DNA of 64,000 nucleotides from an uncultured Acidobacteriota bacterium (GTDB lineage: Bacteria > Acidobacteriota > Vicinamibacteria > Marinacidobacterales > DATDRI01): positions 322,976 through 386,975 of the forward strand of contig CAVROO010000014.1 of assembly GCA_963722765.1 (NCBI GenBank). Reading direction: 5' to 3'. Position 1 is the stretch's first letter. Each line of letters starts with the position of its first letter. Shown piece by piece: positions 1 to 7,892 of this stretch. The translations under genes and the position numbers were made by a program. The notes beneath the pieces were generated by a model. The model was given only the letters and a program-made list of their open reading frames with translations, searched no databases and was not told the origin of the DNA.

Positions 1-1
1 A

Positions 2-493
2 AGCGCCTTCGACGGAGGCGTTACGCGCATCGGCCGGGACTCACTCCTCATGGCCTATGGGCACGTGGCTCACGATTGCCAAATAGGAGATCGAGTCGTT
101 ATTGCCAGCTACGCTGCACTTGCCGGACATATCGAGATCGGCGACCGCGCCTTCGTTTCCGGCGGAGTTGTTATCCACCAGTTTTCTCATATCGGCAAGC
201 TCTCCATGATCGGTGGGGGCTCGAAGGTGAACCTGGATGTTCCCCCGTACTTCACTGTGGACGGAGCGCCGGCGCGTGCCATTGGCCTGAACGTCGTCGG
301 CCTGCGCCGAGCCGGCCTCGGTGACGATGACATTCGCGCGCTGAAAAAGGCGTTCCGCCTCCTTTATCGGTCCAAGCTGCCGCTTCGGACGGCTCTCGAA
401 CGCGTCGAAGAACTGGACACGAAGGAGACGAAGCTCCTAGTGGATTTCATTCGCAGCAGCGAACGGGGTATTTGTCGGCATAGACCCCGGTAG
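2..493 (+). CDS. lpxA: UDP-N-acetylglucosamine acyltransferase LpxA, C-terminal part (5' end outside window)
   Basis: Hexapeptide-repeat segment (GHVAHDCQIGDRVVIASYAALAGHIEIGDRAFVSGG) followed by an LpxA-type C-terminal helical domain (NVVGLRRAG..IRALKKAFRLLYRS). The frame is open to the window edge. Confidence 0.9.
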   Translation, partial: SAFDGGVTRIGRDSLLMAYGHVAHDCQIGDRVVIASYAALAGHIEIGDRAFVSGGVVIHQFSHIGKLSMIGGGSKVNLDVPPYFTVDGAPARAIGLNVVGLRRAGLGDDDIRALKKAFRLLYRSKLPLRTALERVEELDTKETKLLVDFIRSSERGICRHRPR

Positions 494-520
494 GCCAGGC
501 TGCGCCTGGCAAGAGAGAGC

Positions 521-600
521 TCGAGGACTCAAGAACTCGAGAACTCGAGAACTCAGCATGGAACAGGAAAGGCGGCTTACGCCGCCTCATCAGGATTTAA
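521..600 (-). repeat. Copy of the dispersed 'TAAATCC-hairpin-(GAGTTCTN)n' intergenic element (reverse orientation)
   Basis: Read on the minus strand: TAAATCCTGATGAGGCGGCGTAAGCCGCCT (hairpin), then TTCCTGTTCCATGC, then GAGTTCTCGAGTTCTCGAGTTCTTGAGTCC. The leading TAA is the stop codon of the 597..3593 ORF. Confidence 0.8.
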
Positions 601-3593
601 GGCAAACAAACCCACAGCCGATCAAAACCCGTAATCTGTCGGTTACCTAACAGGTCGGAGCCGCATATGGGACTAGCATTTGACCATGGTGACCAACGGG
701 AAGACGTCTTTGCAGGAAACCAACTCGCTGTTCGAGCGGGCCCGCACGATTGTAGTTTGCTGGTGGGCACTCTTATCAGCGGGGCTTTCACGCCGTACCT
801 CTGACGATGCCAAGGTAGAAAGATGTCTACAGCTGAAGAAAGGGACCAAGTTCCGTTTGAGCGGCGGCGAAATGCATCTCGTCGTTGAAAAAGATCTCCG
901 CACGAAAACGCGAGTGAGTGGACTATAGCGGTTAGTTTGTGCCGGCTATTACGAACGAAGCGGACTCGGCCAAAGTCTTGGAGGGCCAATGCCGTAGCGT
1001 CCTCCTCGTTTTCCGATAGCGCTTGTCGGTGGGCGTTTCGTATAGACCGATCGATGTCGAAACGTTCAGGCAAAGGTACATAAGGATTGGGAAGGATGAC
1101 CGGTCCGGTTCCTTCCGTTGCCGGCGTCGACATTCCGATACCTTGAATTGCCTTGAGGTACTCCTCCGAGGCACGTACGGCGTCGTCGAGCTGGGCGTAG
1201 ACGAGGGCCATGGACAGAGAAAGAGCCGGATCGAACGGTGCGAGTGCGGATGCACGCTGAAGCTCCGCGGCGGCACCCGGCAGATCTTCGTTTACGTATC
1301 TCGCTTCAGCGAGTGCAAGCCTCAAAGACAATGGATTCGCTTCTTTGGAGATGGATTGTTCGATCAAGTCGATGGCCTTCTCCGTATCTCCTTCGGCCAG
1401 GGATATCTGTCCCAACGTGAGGAGCCGTTCTCCTTCATGGACACCTTGAGCATTGGCCAAAATCTGTCGTGCCTTGTTTAGATCGTTGCGGTCTCCTCGC
1501 GTCTTACCAATGGCAAGCCAGGTCCGGCCCAACGCGAGTTGGGCGCGGGCTTCCTTCGGATTGAGGCGAAGGGCCCGAATGAGCTCCCGGCGCGCCGCCT
1601 CATATTGCTTTCTCTTGAGATAGATTTCGCCGAGAAGAGTCAGTGTCCGGGAATCTTGAGAGTCTTCGTTCAGGAGCTGTCTCGTCACTTCCTCTGCGGC
1701 CTCGAGCTTTCCTTGCTCGAGAAGCGAAACGGCGAGCTCGAGTTTGTAGTCTCCGGCGGCTTCGGAGGGAATGTTTGCGTCTCGCAGAACCTCTTCGGCC
1801 TCGGGGTAGCGAGCGGCACGATTCAACAATCTGCCATACAAGAGGCGTGCTTCTGCATGAGTCGGATCTTTCTTGAAAGCTGAATCTAGATGATTCAAGG
1901 CTTCGTCGGCACGGTTGAGCTGCAGCAGGCTGGCTCCTAGACGGTAGAGAGCTTCAGCACTGATGTCTTTGCCGGAGAGCGCTTGTTGGTAGTAATCGAT
2001 GGCTTCGTCGAATCGTCCCCTTGTATAGAGGACGTCGGCCAGTTCTTCGGCGATGGCCGGATTCTCCTTATCGAGCTCGACGGCTTTTTTCAAATCGGAC
2101 AATCCCAGATCGATGTTGCCGGCTGCGAGCTGGGCTCGGCCTCTGCCTAGGTAGGCAGGCGCGATATCTCCGTGGGTCGAAAGGATTTGATTGTAAGCAT
2201 GGACCGCCTCGCTAGGGCTACCCGAGCTGAGGAAGCGTTCGGCTTGTCCCAGTTCCTCGGTGGGCAAGTTGCTGCCTCCTCCAAGGGACATGAATACAAC
2301 GGCGACCACTCCCACCAAGACGACGAACGCCCCCCCACCCAAGATGAGCCATTTTGAGGACTCAAAAAAAGAGGGTGGGCGAGGTTTGGGACGAGAGCGG
2401 ACGGGTCGTGTCGTCGCGGGCTGGGTTTCTCTCGGATTGCCTTCGCGTGAAACCGTGCCGCCGTCCTTGAAAGCCGCGTCCTCTTTGACCTCTTTTGGAT
2501 TCGAAGCCGTTGGGGGCCCCGCCTTTGTCGATGGAGTCGTGGCCGCTTCCGGCACTCTAGCTTTGTCCGTTTGCGGCTTGGGTGACGGCGGCTTACCCGA
2601 TTCCACCGACGGAGTTGCAGCCGGCGGCTTCGGAGGCTGCGGGGCATTTTCCAAAATCGTTTCCTCGAAATCGATATCGATATCGAGGGCCTCGGAAGGT
2701 ACGGGCTGGGGAGGTGCCGATTCCTTTGGACCGCCCACGATCTCTTCCAGAGTGTCCTCGGTCGGTTCCGAAATAACCCAGTCCGCGTCCGGCGAAGCAG
2801 GCTCCGTCGTCGCTACCTCGGCCGCCGGCGCTTGGATGGGCGGAGCGGCATGCGGAGCGCCGACTTCCGTGGTCGGTTGCTCGGCGGATTGAGCTACCAG
2901 CAGGAGGGAATAAGCTTCAGAAGATCGCCCTTCCGCGAGTAGTTTACTGCCCATGCTGAGTACTTCCTGCAGCCAGGCTTTGCGACGCTGGGCCGACACG
3001 CTCGAAGACAGAAGCAACACGAGTTGGTAGCTTCGACTCGTCGAATCCGCGGCCAAGCAGCTCTTCCAATGCTCGATAGCTTCTCGCGTCTGTCCGGCCG
3101 CGAAGGCCTCCGCGCCGGTTTTGAACGTTTCGTCCGGGTTAGCCGACCCAGACTCACCTGAGCGGATTTTGGTTGTGATCTCGACAAGCTCTCTGGCTTC
3201 GGTGAAGTTGGGATCAATATCGAGAATTTCCCGAAGACCGGCTTCTGCACTTGCCGTGTCGCCGGCAGACAGTTGAGCTAGAGCTTGGTCCAGTAACGAT
3301 TCGGGGGTTGAAGTTGTTGGAGCTGGTTGTGCCTCAGGCTTGGGCCCCCCGATTTGGCCTTTTTTGAGTCGCTCTTCGACGGATAGGTGCTGAGCTTCGA
3401 CCCGTTCGGCGATTGCTTGCCCGTGCTTGAAAACGGGTCGCAGATCCGCGACCTCTGTTTCCTCGCTGTGCATGGTCTTGTTTTGAAAAAGGACGAGCGT
3501 CTCGATGACCGGGACGTCACCTGCTTTCAGGTTCGTGACAATATGGTACGCCCTGTTTCCGACCTCAAGATCGCTTTCACGGCCGAGACGCAT
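597..3593 (-). CDS. Large TPR-repeat protein with a Pro-rich linker and one TM helix; the last ~110 codons are doubtful
   Basis: 998-aa ORF. It has many TPR-like repeats (AEALYRLGASLLQLNRADEALNHLDSAFKKDP and similar), a central P/A/S-rich region and a hydrophobic segment WLILGGGAFVVLVGVVAVVFM. The tail encoded by 597-930 has non-protein-like composition. Confidence 0.7.
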   Translation of the reverse strand: MRLGRESDLEVGNRAYHIVTNLKAGDVPVIETLVLFQNKTMHSEETEVADLRPVFKHGQAIAERVEAQHLSVEERLKKGQIGGPKPEAQPAPTTSTPESLLDQALAQLSAGDTASAEAGLREILDIDPNFTEARELVEITTKIRSGESGSANPDETFKTGAEAFAAGQTREAIEHWKSCLAADSTSRSYQLVLLLSSSVSAQRRKAWLQEVLSMGSKLLAEGRSSEAYSLLLVAQSAEQPTTEVGAPHAAPPIQAPAAEVATTEPASPDADWVISEPTEDTLEEIVGGPKESAPPQPVPSEALDIDIDFEETILENAPQPPKPPAATPSVESGKPPSPKPQTDKARVPEAATTPSTKAGPPTASNPKEVKEDAAFKDGGTVSREGNPRETQPATTRPVRSRPKPRPPSFFESSKWLILGGGAFVVLVGVVAVVFMSLGGGSNLPTEELGQAERFLSSGSPSEAVHAYNQILSTHGDIAPAYLGRGRAQLAAGNIDLGLSDLKKAVELDKENPAIAEELADVLYTRGRFDEAIDYYQQALSGKDISAEALYRLGASLLQLNRADEALNHLDSAFKKDPTHAEARLLYGRLLNRAARYPEAEEVLRDANIPSEAAGDYKLELAVSLLEQGKLEAAEEVTRQLLNEDSQDSRTLTLLGEIYLKRKQYEAARRELIRALRLNPKEARAQLALGRTWLAIGKTRGDRNDLNKARQILANAQGVHEGERLLTLGQISLAEGDTEKAIDLIEQSISKEANPLSLRLALAEARYVNEDLPGAAAELQRASALAPFDPALSLSMALVYAQLDDAVRASEEYLKAIQGIGMSTPATEGTGPVILPNPYVPLPERFDIDRSIRNAHRQALSENEEDATALALQDFGRVRFVRNSRHKLTAIVHSLAFSCGDLFQRRDAFRRRSNGTWSLSSAVDIFLPWHRQRYGVKAPLIRVPTSKLQSCGPARTASWFPAKTSSRWSPWSNASPICGSDLLGNRQITGFDRLWVCLP

Positions 3594-3712
3594 CGTTATC
3601 GCTTGAGTTTAAAGGGGTTTCTCTCTTATGGGAGTATACACTACATAGATGGGGTTGATCTAGCGCGACCCAGTCCTTCGAGCCGACCACTGGAATGGAA
3701 TAGTGACTCGAG

Positions 3713-4075
3713 CCCCGAACGAGTCCCCAAGGGGAGGCGACGGCCTAGCCCGCGATCCGCTGAGTCCCGAACGAGTCTTCGAGGAGGGGCGACGGCCTAG
3801 CCCGCGATCCGCGAGTCCCGAACGAGTCTTCGAGGAGGGGCGACGCTTTAACTCGCGCTCTGCTAGTCCTGAACGAGTCTTCGAGGAAGGGGGGCGACGG
3901 ACCAACTTGCGCTTCGCTAGTCCCGTACGAGTCTTCGAGAAGGGGCGACGGACCAACTTGCGCTTCGCTAGTCCCGTACGAGTCTTCGAGAAGGGGCGAC
4001 GGTCCAACCTGCGCTTCGCTAATCCCGACGAAAAAAGAGTCGGACCTCGAGTCTCCGACCGAGGGTGGCCGAGAG
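3713..4075. repeat. Tandem array of about 6 copies of a 51-54 bp unit plus a degenerate seventh
   Basis: The unit is AGTCCCGAACGAGTCTTCGAGGAGGGGCGACGGCCTAGCCCGCGATCCGCG. Copies start near 3713, 3763, 3814, 3865, 3919 and 3970. It lies between the divergent TPR and DnaB-like genes. Confidence 0.9.
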
Positions 4076-4188
4076 TAGATTGAAGCTTGCGCCCCCTTAA
4101 AGTGCCTGCTAGCATAGTGAGTAACGCCAAATCCGACAACAGTTTATAGTAGAGCCGTCGAGAGGCTCGCGAGAAACGAGGAGACAAG

Positions 4189-5565
4189 ATGGCCCCAGCC
4201 GCGGACCGATCCTCCAAATTGGGAATGGGAGATTACGGCGAGCTTCTCAATATGGAGACCTCTGTTCTACGGACGCTTTGCCTGACGGTCAACGCGACCG
4301 GTTCTGAGCTCAAGTACAAGATCATCGATACTCTCTCTGAAGACGATTTTTATTTCCCGGTGAACAAGGCCGTGTTCACGGCTCTAAATGAGATGCATCG
4401 GAGGGGCGACTACGTCGTATTCACGAATCTCGAAGAAGAGCTTCAGAATCGTGCGGTCGAGTTCCCCGAGGGCTTCTTTGTTGAGGATTTTTTCCGGGGA
4501 GACCTTCCTGATCTCACGGAACTTAGCAAATGGGTCAATCGTCTCAAGGACCGGTCCCGTGGCGGTATGGAAAGATCCTCCACGACTATGCCGCCGTCTC
4601 CGCAACCCAAGGCCAAGGTACCGAAAAAGGTTCCTCCTCCGGCAGGCGATCCCAATGCAACGCAGATTCGCGCCGCCACGGAGACACGTAAGATCGTCAG
4701 CAAGCCCGAAAAACCGGCGGCGGCACCCGTCATTCAAAATGAGCCCTCGACAAACCCGGCCACCCAGAAGCCGGCTCGAATTGAGTCTTCACCGGTACCG
4801 ACCACCCAGCCGACGTTGCTCTCGTCCGAGGGTGACGAGTGGGCGGATTACCTCGAGGACATTGCTTCAAAACAAGGTAAAAGCTTCGAAACAGGATTCG
4901 TTGGCATCGATGAAGGCGCAGGTGGGCTCAAGACCGGAATCATGATTGTTGCTGACCAGGACGCGGATCGGCGAAGCGCCTTTCTCAAGCAGCTGACGGA
5001 TCAAATTGCGGCTCGTTCGAACGTTCCGTGTCTCTTTCTGTCTTTCAGTGCTCCGAAATCGACACTTCGTATAAGAACGCTGTCTCGATTGTCCGGAGTT
5101 CCTTCGGTCGATATCGAAAAGGGCCGTCTCAAGAAAGACTCCCGCGAGTGGGAAAGCATGCAAAAAAACGGCCGGAAGGCCGCCGCTTGGTTGAAGCGTG
5201 TCTTCGTTGTCGAGGGAAGAAGGGACACCGGCCTTTCGACGGTTCGGGATTTGAGCCGGCAGCTTGCGCAGTCGAGCAAAGAGGACGGGGCGGTTGTGGT
5301 CATCGATGATGTGGAAAAGCTAGTTTCGCATGATTCCGCATCTGTCTTCAGAGAGTTGAGAGAGCTTTCTGATTCCCTCGAGCTATTGGTCGTTGCGGCG
5401 ACTTCCAATACAAGTCTTGCTTCGGGAAGTGACGTCGATGTCACGGGAGAGTTTCGTGACGACGGAGCCGACTTGACTCTGACAGTGCACCGGCCGGGTG
5501 ATGCCGCATCAACGAGTATTCAGTTCAAGCACCTGCCGAGCGTTCACAAGTTTACTGAACAGTAG
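4189..5565 (+). CDS. DnaB-like protein (DnaB N-terminal domain, Pro-rich linker, RecA-like C-terminal domain lacking Walker A)
   Basis: The N-terminus (ETSVLRTLCL..DDFYFPVNKAVFTALNEMHRRGD) looks like the DnaB N-domain. The C-terminal FETGFVGIDEGAGGLKTGIMIVADQDADRRSAFLKQL aligns to the DnaB 'TGf..LD...GGl..G.L.iiAaRPsmGKTaf' region, but the GKT is replaced. Alternative starts are at 4222 and 4252. Confidence 0.7.
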   Translation: MAPAADRSSKLGMGDYGELLNMETSVLRTLCLTVNATGSELKYKIIDTLSEDDFYFPVNKAVFTALNEMHRRGDYVVFTNLEEELQNRAVEFPEGFFVEDFFRGDLPDLTELSKWVNRLKDRSRGGMERSSTTMPPSPQPKAKVPKKVPPPAGDPNATQIRAATETRKIVSKPEKPAAAPVIQNEPSTNPATQKPARIESSPVPTTQPTLLSSEGDEWADYLEDIASKQGKSFETGFVGIDEGAGGLKTGIMIVADQDADRRSAFLKQLTDQIAARSNVPCLFLSFSAPKSTLRIRTLSRLSGVPSVDIEKGRLKKDSREWESMQKNGRKAAAWLKRVFVVEGRRDTGLSTVRDLSRQLAQSSKEDGAVVVIDDVEKLVSHDSASVFRELRELSDSLELLVVAATSNTSLASGSDVDVTGEFRDDGADLTLTVHRPGDAASTSIQFKHLPSVHKFTEQ

Positions 5566-5680
5566 TAAATCTTGCTGACGACGACGCCCTAGCCAGCGAT
5601 TCGCTAGTCCCGACGAAGGAGGGACGGTGCCAGCCGTCCTCCTGTTTCATTCCGAGTTCTTGAGTTCTCGAGTTCCTGAG
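5566..5680 (+). repeat. Full-length copy of the dispersed 'TAAATCC-hairpin-(GAGTTCTN)n' element
   Basis: TAAATCTTGCTGACGACGACGCCCTAGCCAGCGATTCGCTAGTCCCGACGAAGGAGGGACGGTGCCAGCCGTCCTCCTGTTTCATTCCGAGTTCTTGAGTTCTCGAGTTCCTGAG. It starts right after the DnaB-like stop codon. Confidence 0.85.
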
Positions 5681-5709
5681 CCGTCCGACGGTCTGCCGAC
5701 TACGGACGG

Positions 5710-6201
5710 CTACCTTTTGTATCCGATCTGGCGCAAAAAAGATTTTCTCTTCTCGACGTCTTCCGTGCTCTCCACGCCGAGAGGCGTCAATCCGTCCACG
5801 ACACCGATGATGCCGCGACCGAGATTGGTCTCGACGTAGAGTACTTCGACGGGATTGGCGGTGGCGCAGAAGATTCGGCATACCTCAGGACATTGCTTGA
5901 TGCGGGGCAACACGTTGATGGGAAAGGCGTCCTTCATAATGATGATAAAGCTGTGACCTGCCCCCACATTACGCGCGTTTTTGATTGCGAGCGTCTTCAA
6001 CTCTTCGTCGTTCCCGTCGGCACGCACCAACCGGTCCTGCGATGCTTCGCAAAAAGCGATGCCGAAGCGGGCACCCGGAACAGAGCTCACCATTACCTCG
6101 TAGAGGTCCTCGACGGTTTTGATGAAGTGGGACATGCCCAGGATGATGTTGGCGTCGGAGGGAAATTCGAGCTTAACACTATTAATATTCACGGAAATCA
6201 C
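5710..6201 (-). CDS. Adenosine-specific kinase family protein (PF04008-like)
   Basis: 163-aa ORF with the motifs [51 protein letters not shown] and [10 protein letters not shown], which I recall as typical of this small family. Confidence 0.7.
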   Translation of the reverse strand: MISVNINSVKLEFPSDANIILGMSHFIKTVEDLYEVMVSSVPGARFGIAFCEASQDRLVRADGNDEELKTLAIKNARNVGAGHSFIIIMKDAFPINVLPRIKQCPEVCRIFCATANPVEVLYVETNLGRGIIGVVDGLTPLGVESTEDVEKRKSFLRQIGYKR

Positions 6202-6347
6202 CTCGGAAAAATTTCTTGAGAGTCTAGCATAGTCGCAACGACGACCGAATGTTGATCTAAATCACTGTTCAGAGAGGAGTTTTGCTCGACTATGGTATGT
6301 AAACACGGAAAAACTGATTTCGATTGCGCCGGACAAGGAGGCAAATC

Positions 6348-7130
6348 ATGTCTTGGAAGGGCTCTACATCATCTCTATGCTTGTGCGCTGCGATTGTCGC
6401 CCTCGGCCTAGTCGCCTGCACCGCGGGGGGACCGGTCGAAGATTCAACGACTCCGGCCCCGGAGCAAACCTCCGGAGAAGCGGAAGTTGCTGCGAACGAC
6501 GCACCGGACGAGGCTCCCTCGCGAGAATCAAGCTCCGAATCTCCATCTTCACCCAGCGCCAAGACTCCGGCCGCGCAGTCGGAATCTCCTCCACCATCGC
6601 CCGAGCCGAAAATCGTCGAGGTCACCGTTCCCGCCGGAACTATCTTTGAGCTCGAGCTTCTGTCTCCTCTAGACACGTCCGTTAGCCGAGCGGGTGATGA
6701 GATTCAGGCCCGCACGATTGCGCCCGTGTATCTCGAAGGTGAGCCCATTTTGTCCCAGGGAACCTACGTCGAGGGTCGCGTGACGGAGGTACAGGCTTCG
6801 GGTCGAGTCAAGGGACGTGCGAAAATCGCCTTCACCTTCGATAGGATCAAGACCAACACCGGAATTCAGACCATCCAAACGAGCTATGTCGGCCAGGAAG
6901 CCGACTCGGGGAAGAAAAAGGACGCTGCGGTCATCGGAGGTAGTGCCGGCGTCGGTGCGCTCGTGGGCGGTATCATCGGCGGAAAAAAAGGAGCCGCCAT
7001 TGGCGCGGCGGTTGGCGGAGCCGGAGGAACGGGTGTCGTTCTTGCGACCAAAGGGGAAGAGATCAAGCTCCCCGTTGGAACGGAAGTCAACGTGAGGCTC
7101 GATTCTGAGATCGTCCTGCAACTGAACTAA
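6348..7130 (+). CDS. Lipoprotein with a C-terminal glycine-zipper segment
   Basis: An AAGGAGG RBS lies 6 nt upstream of the ATG at 6348. The signal/lipobox is MSWKGSTSSLCLCAAIVALGLVAC. The C-terminus is GGSAGVGALVGGIIGGKKGAAIGAAVGGAGGTG. Confidence 0.75.
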   Translation: MSWKGSTSSLCLCAAIVALGLVACTAGGPVEDSTTPAPEQTSGEAEVAANDAPDEAPSRESSSESPSSPSAKTPAAQSESPPPSPEPKIVEVTVPAGTIFELELLSPLDTSVSRAGDEIQARTIAPVYLEGEPILSQGTYVEGRVTEVQASGRVKGRAKIAFTFDRIKTNTGIQTIQTSYVGQEADSGKKKDAAVIGGSAGVGALVGGIIGGKKGAAIGAAVGGAGGTGVVLATKGEEIKLPVGTEVNVRLDSEIVLQLN

Positions 7131-7158
7131 AAAAACAGCGTAGAGGACTTGGACTTAG

Positions 7159-7469
7159 CCCTAATCCGACAATAAACTCAGGGTAAATTGCAGGAAAAAC
7201 GGGGACAGGTCCCTTTTTGGCAAAGACAACGGTCCACCAAAAACGGACCTGTCCCTGTTTTTCCAGTAATTTGCGTAGATTTCGTGAACTCGGATTAGGG
7301 TTCGCCCTGAAGCGCACACGAGCCAACAAAGCCATTGCGTAAAGACACATTTGAACTGCTATATTTATGAGTGAATCACAGACCATCTTCCCAACAATAG
7401 CGGCCACTATCATGGCTTTTGTTGCGTCTGCCAAAGCTGATTCGCATATTTATTGTCGCTTCAGGGTTA
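7159..7469 (+). mobile_element. MITE-like element 'A', copy 1 (~310 bp, two long hairpins)
   Basis: Near-identical to 32951-33263 and 51108-51374. The ends carry CGACAATAAA / TTTATTGTCG inverted repeats. The internal stem is GGAAAAACGGGGACAGGTCC...GGACCTGTCCCTGTTTTTCC. Confidence 0.8.
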
Positions 7470-7719
7470 GTACTGGATTTCATAAATACGGTTGCATATT
7501 CAGAAAAAGACTAAGTCGCAGAGACGCAAGGTGAAGTTGGCGTCAAGATCTTTTGGTCATCATCTTTTCGCGAAGCTCCAGTTTTCTTCGCGGCAGATAC
7601 AAGGTCGTCATCTTCTTCCCGAGAATCTCTCAAGCACGTCTGGGCCGGGAGAATCCGGGGCGCCTTTAGCGCTCATTCCATGATCTGCTTGGCGTCTTTG
7701 CGCCTTGGCGTTTTTTCTT

Positions 7720-7857
7720 CAGTCCCTGATCAGTGAAATTAGATGCAAAAAGTAAACAATTTCCGGGAGCTGACCGCTGAATGCTGACGGCTGACCGCTC
7801 GCGGCAAGCCGCGACAACCCTTTTGGTTGCGGCTCTGCCGCGTCAGGTTTTCTCGGT
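7720..7857 (-). repeat. MITE-like element 'B', copy 1 (reverse orientation)
   Basis: Reverse complement of the 14855-14980 and 50985-51112 sequence. It contains the GCGGCAAGCCG...CGGCTCTGCCGC hairpin and a CCCTGA terminus. Confidence 0.8.
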
Positions 7858-7892
7858 GGAAAATACGTTACCGTATTTACGGTCCAAGGCGC

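Noticed and set aside
597-930. Possible RNase P RNA on the minus strand. AGAGGTACGGCGTGAAAGCCCCGCTGATAAGAGTGCCCACC resembles the GGTAAGGGTGAAAGGGTGCGGTAAGAGCGCACC block, and CGACAGATTACGGGTTTTGATCGG resembles ACAGAACCCGGCTTATCGG.
   Set aside because: The universally conserved CR-I sequence GAGGAAAGTCC(G)GGC is absent from this region and from its upstream flank, and the spacing of the other blocks does not fit. I treat the resemblance as coincidental unless a covariance-model search says otherwise.
3713-4075. CRISPR array.
   Set aside because: The units are contiguous direct repeats with no unique spacers, and no cas genes are in the window. The octamer arrays elsewhere are far too short.
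3660-4217. ORFs 3703..4083(+) and 3660..4217(-), which encode repetitive peptides (..SPERVFEEGRR..).
   Set aside because: They lie entirely within the 51-bp (17-codon) tandem array, which keeps frames open on both strands. They have no RBS and their composition is not protein-like.
7087-7434. 115-aa ORF inside MITE 'A' copy 1, with related ORF 33261..33488 in copy 2.
   Set aside because: The frame is not preserved across the three copies: copy 2 has an early stop and copy 3 has indels. Variation tracks the hairpin structure, not codons.
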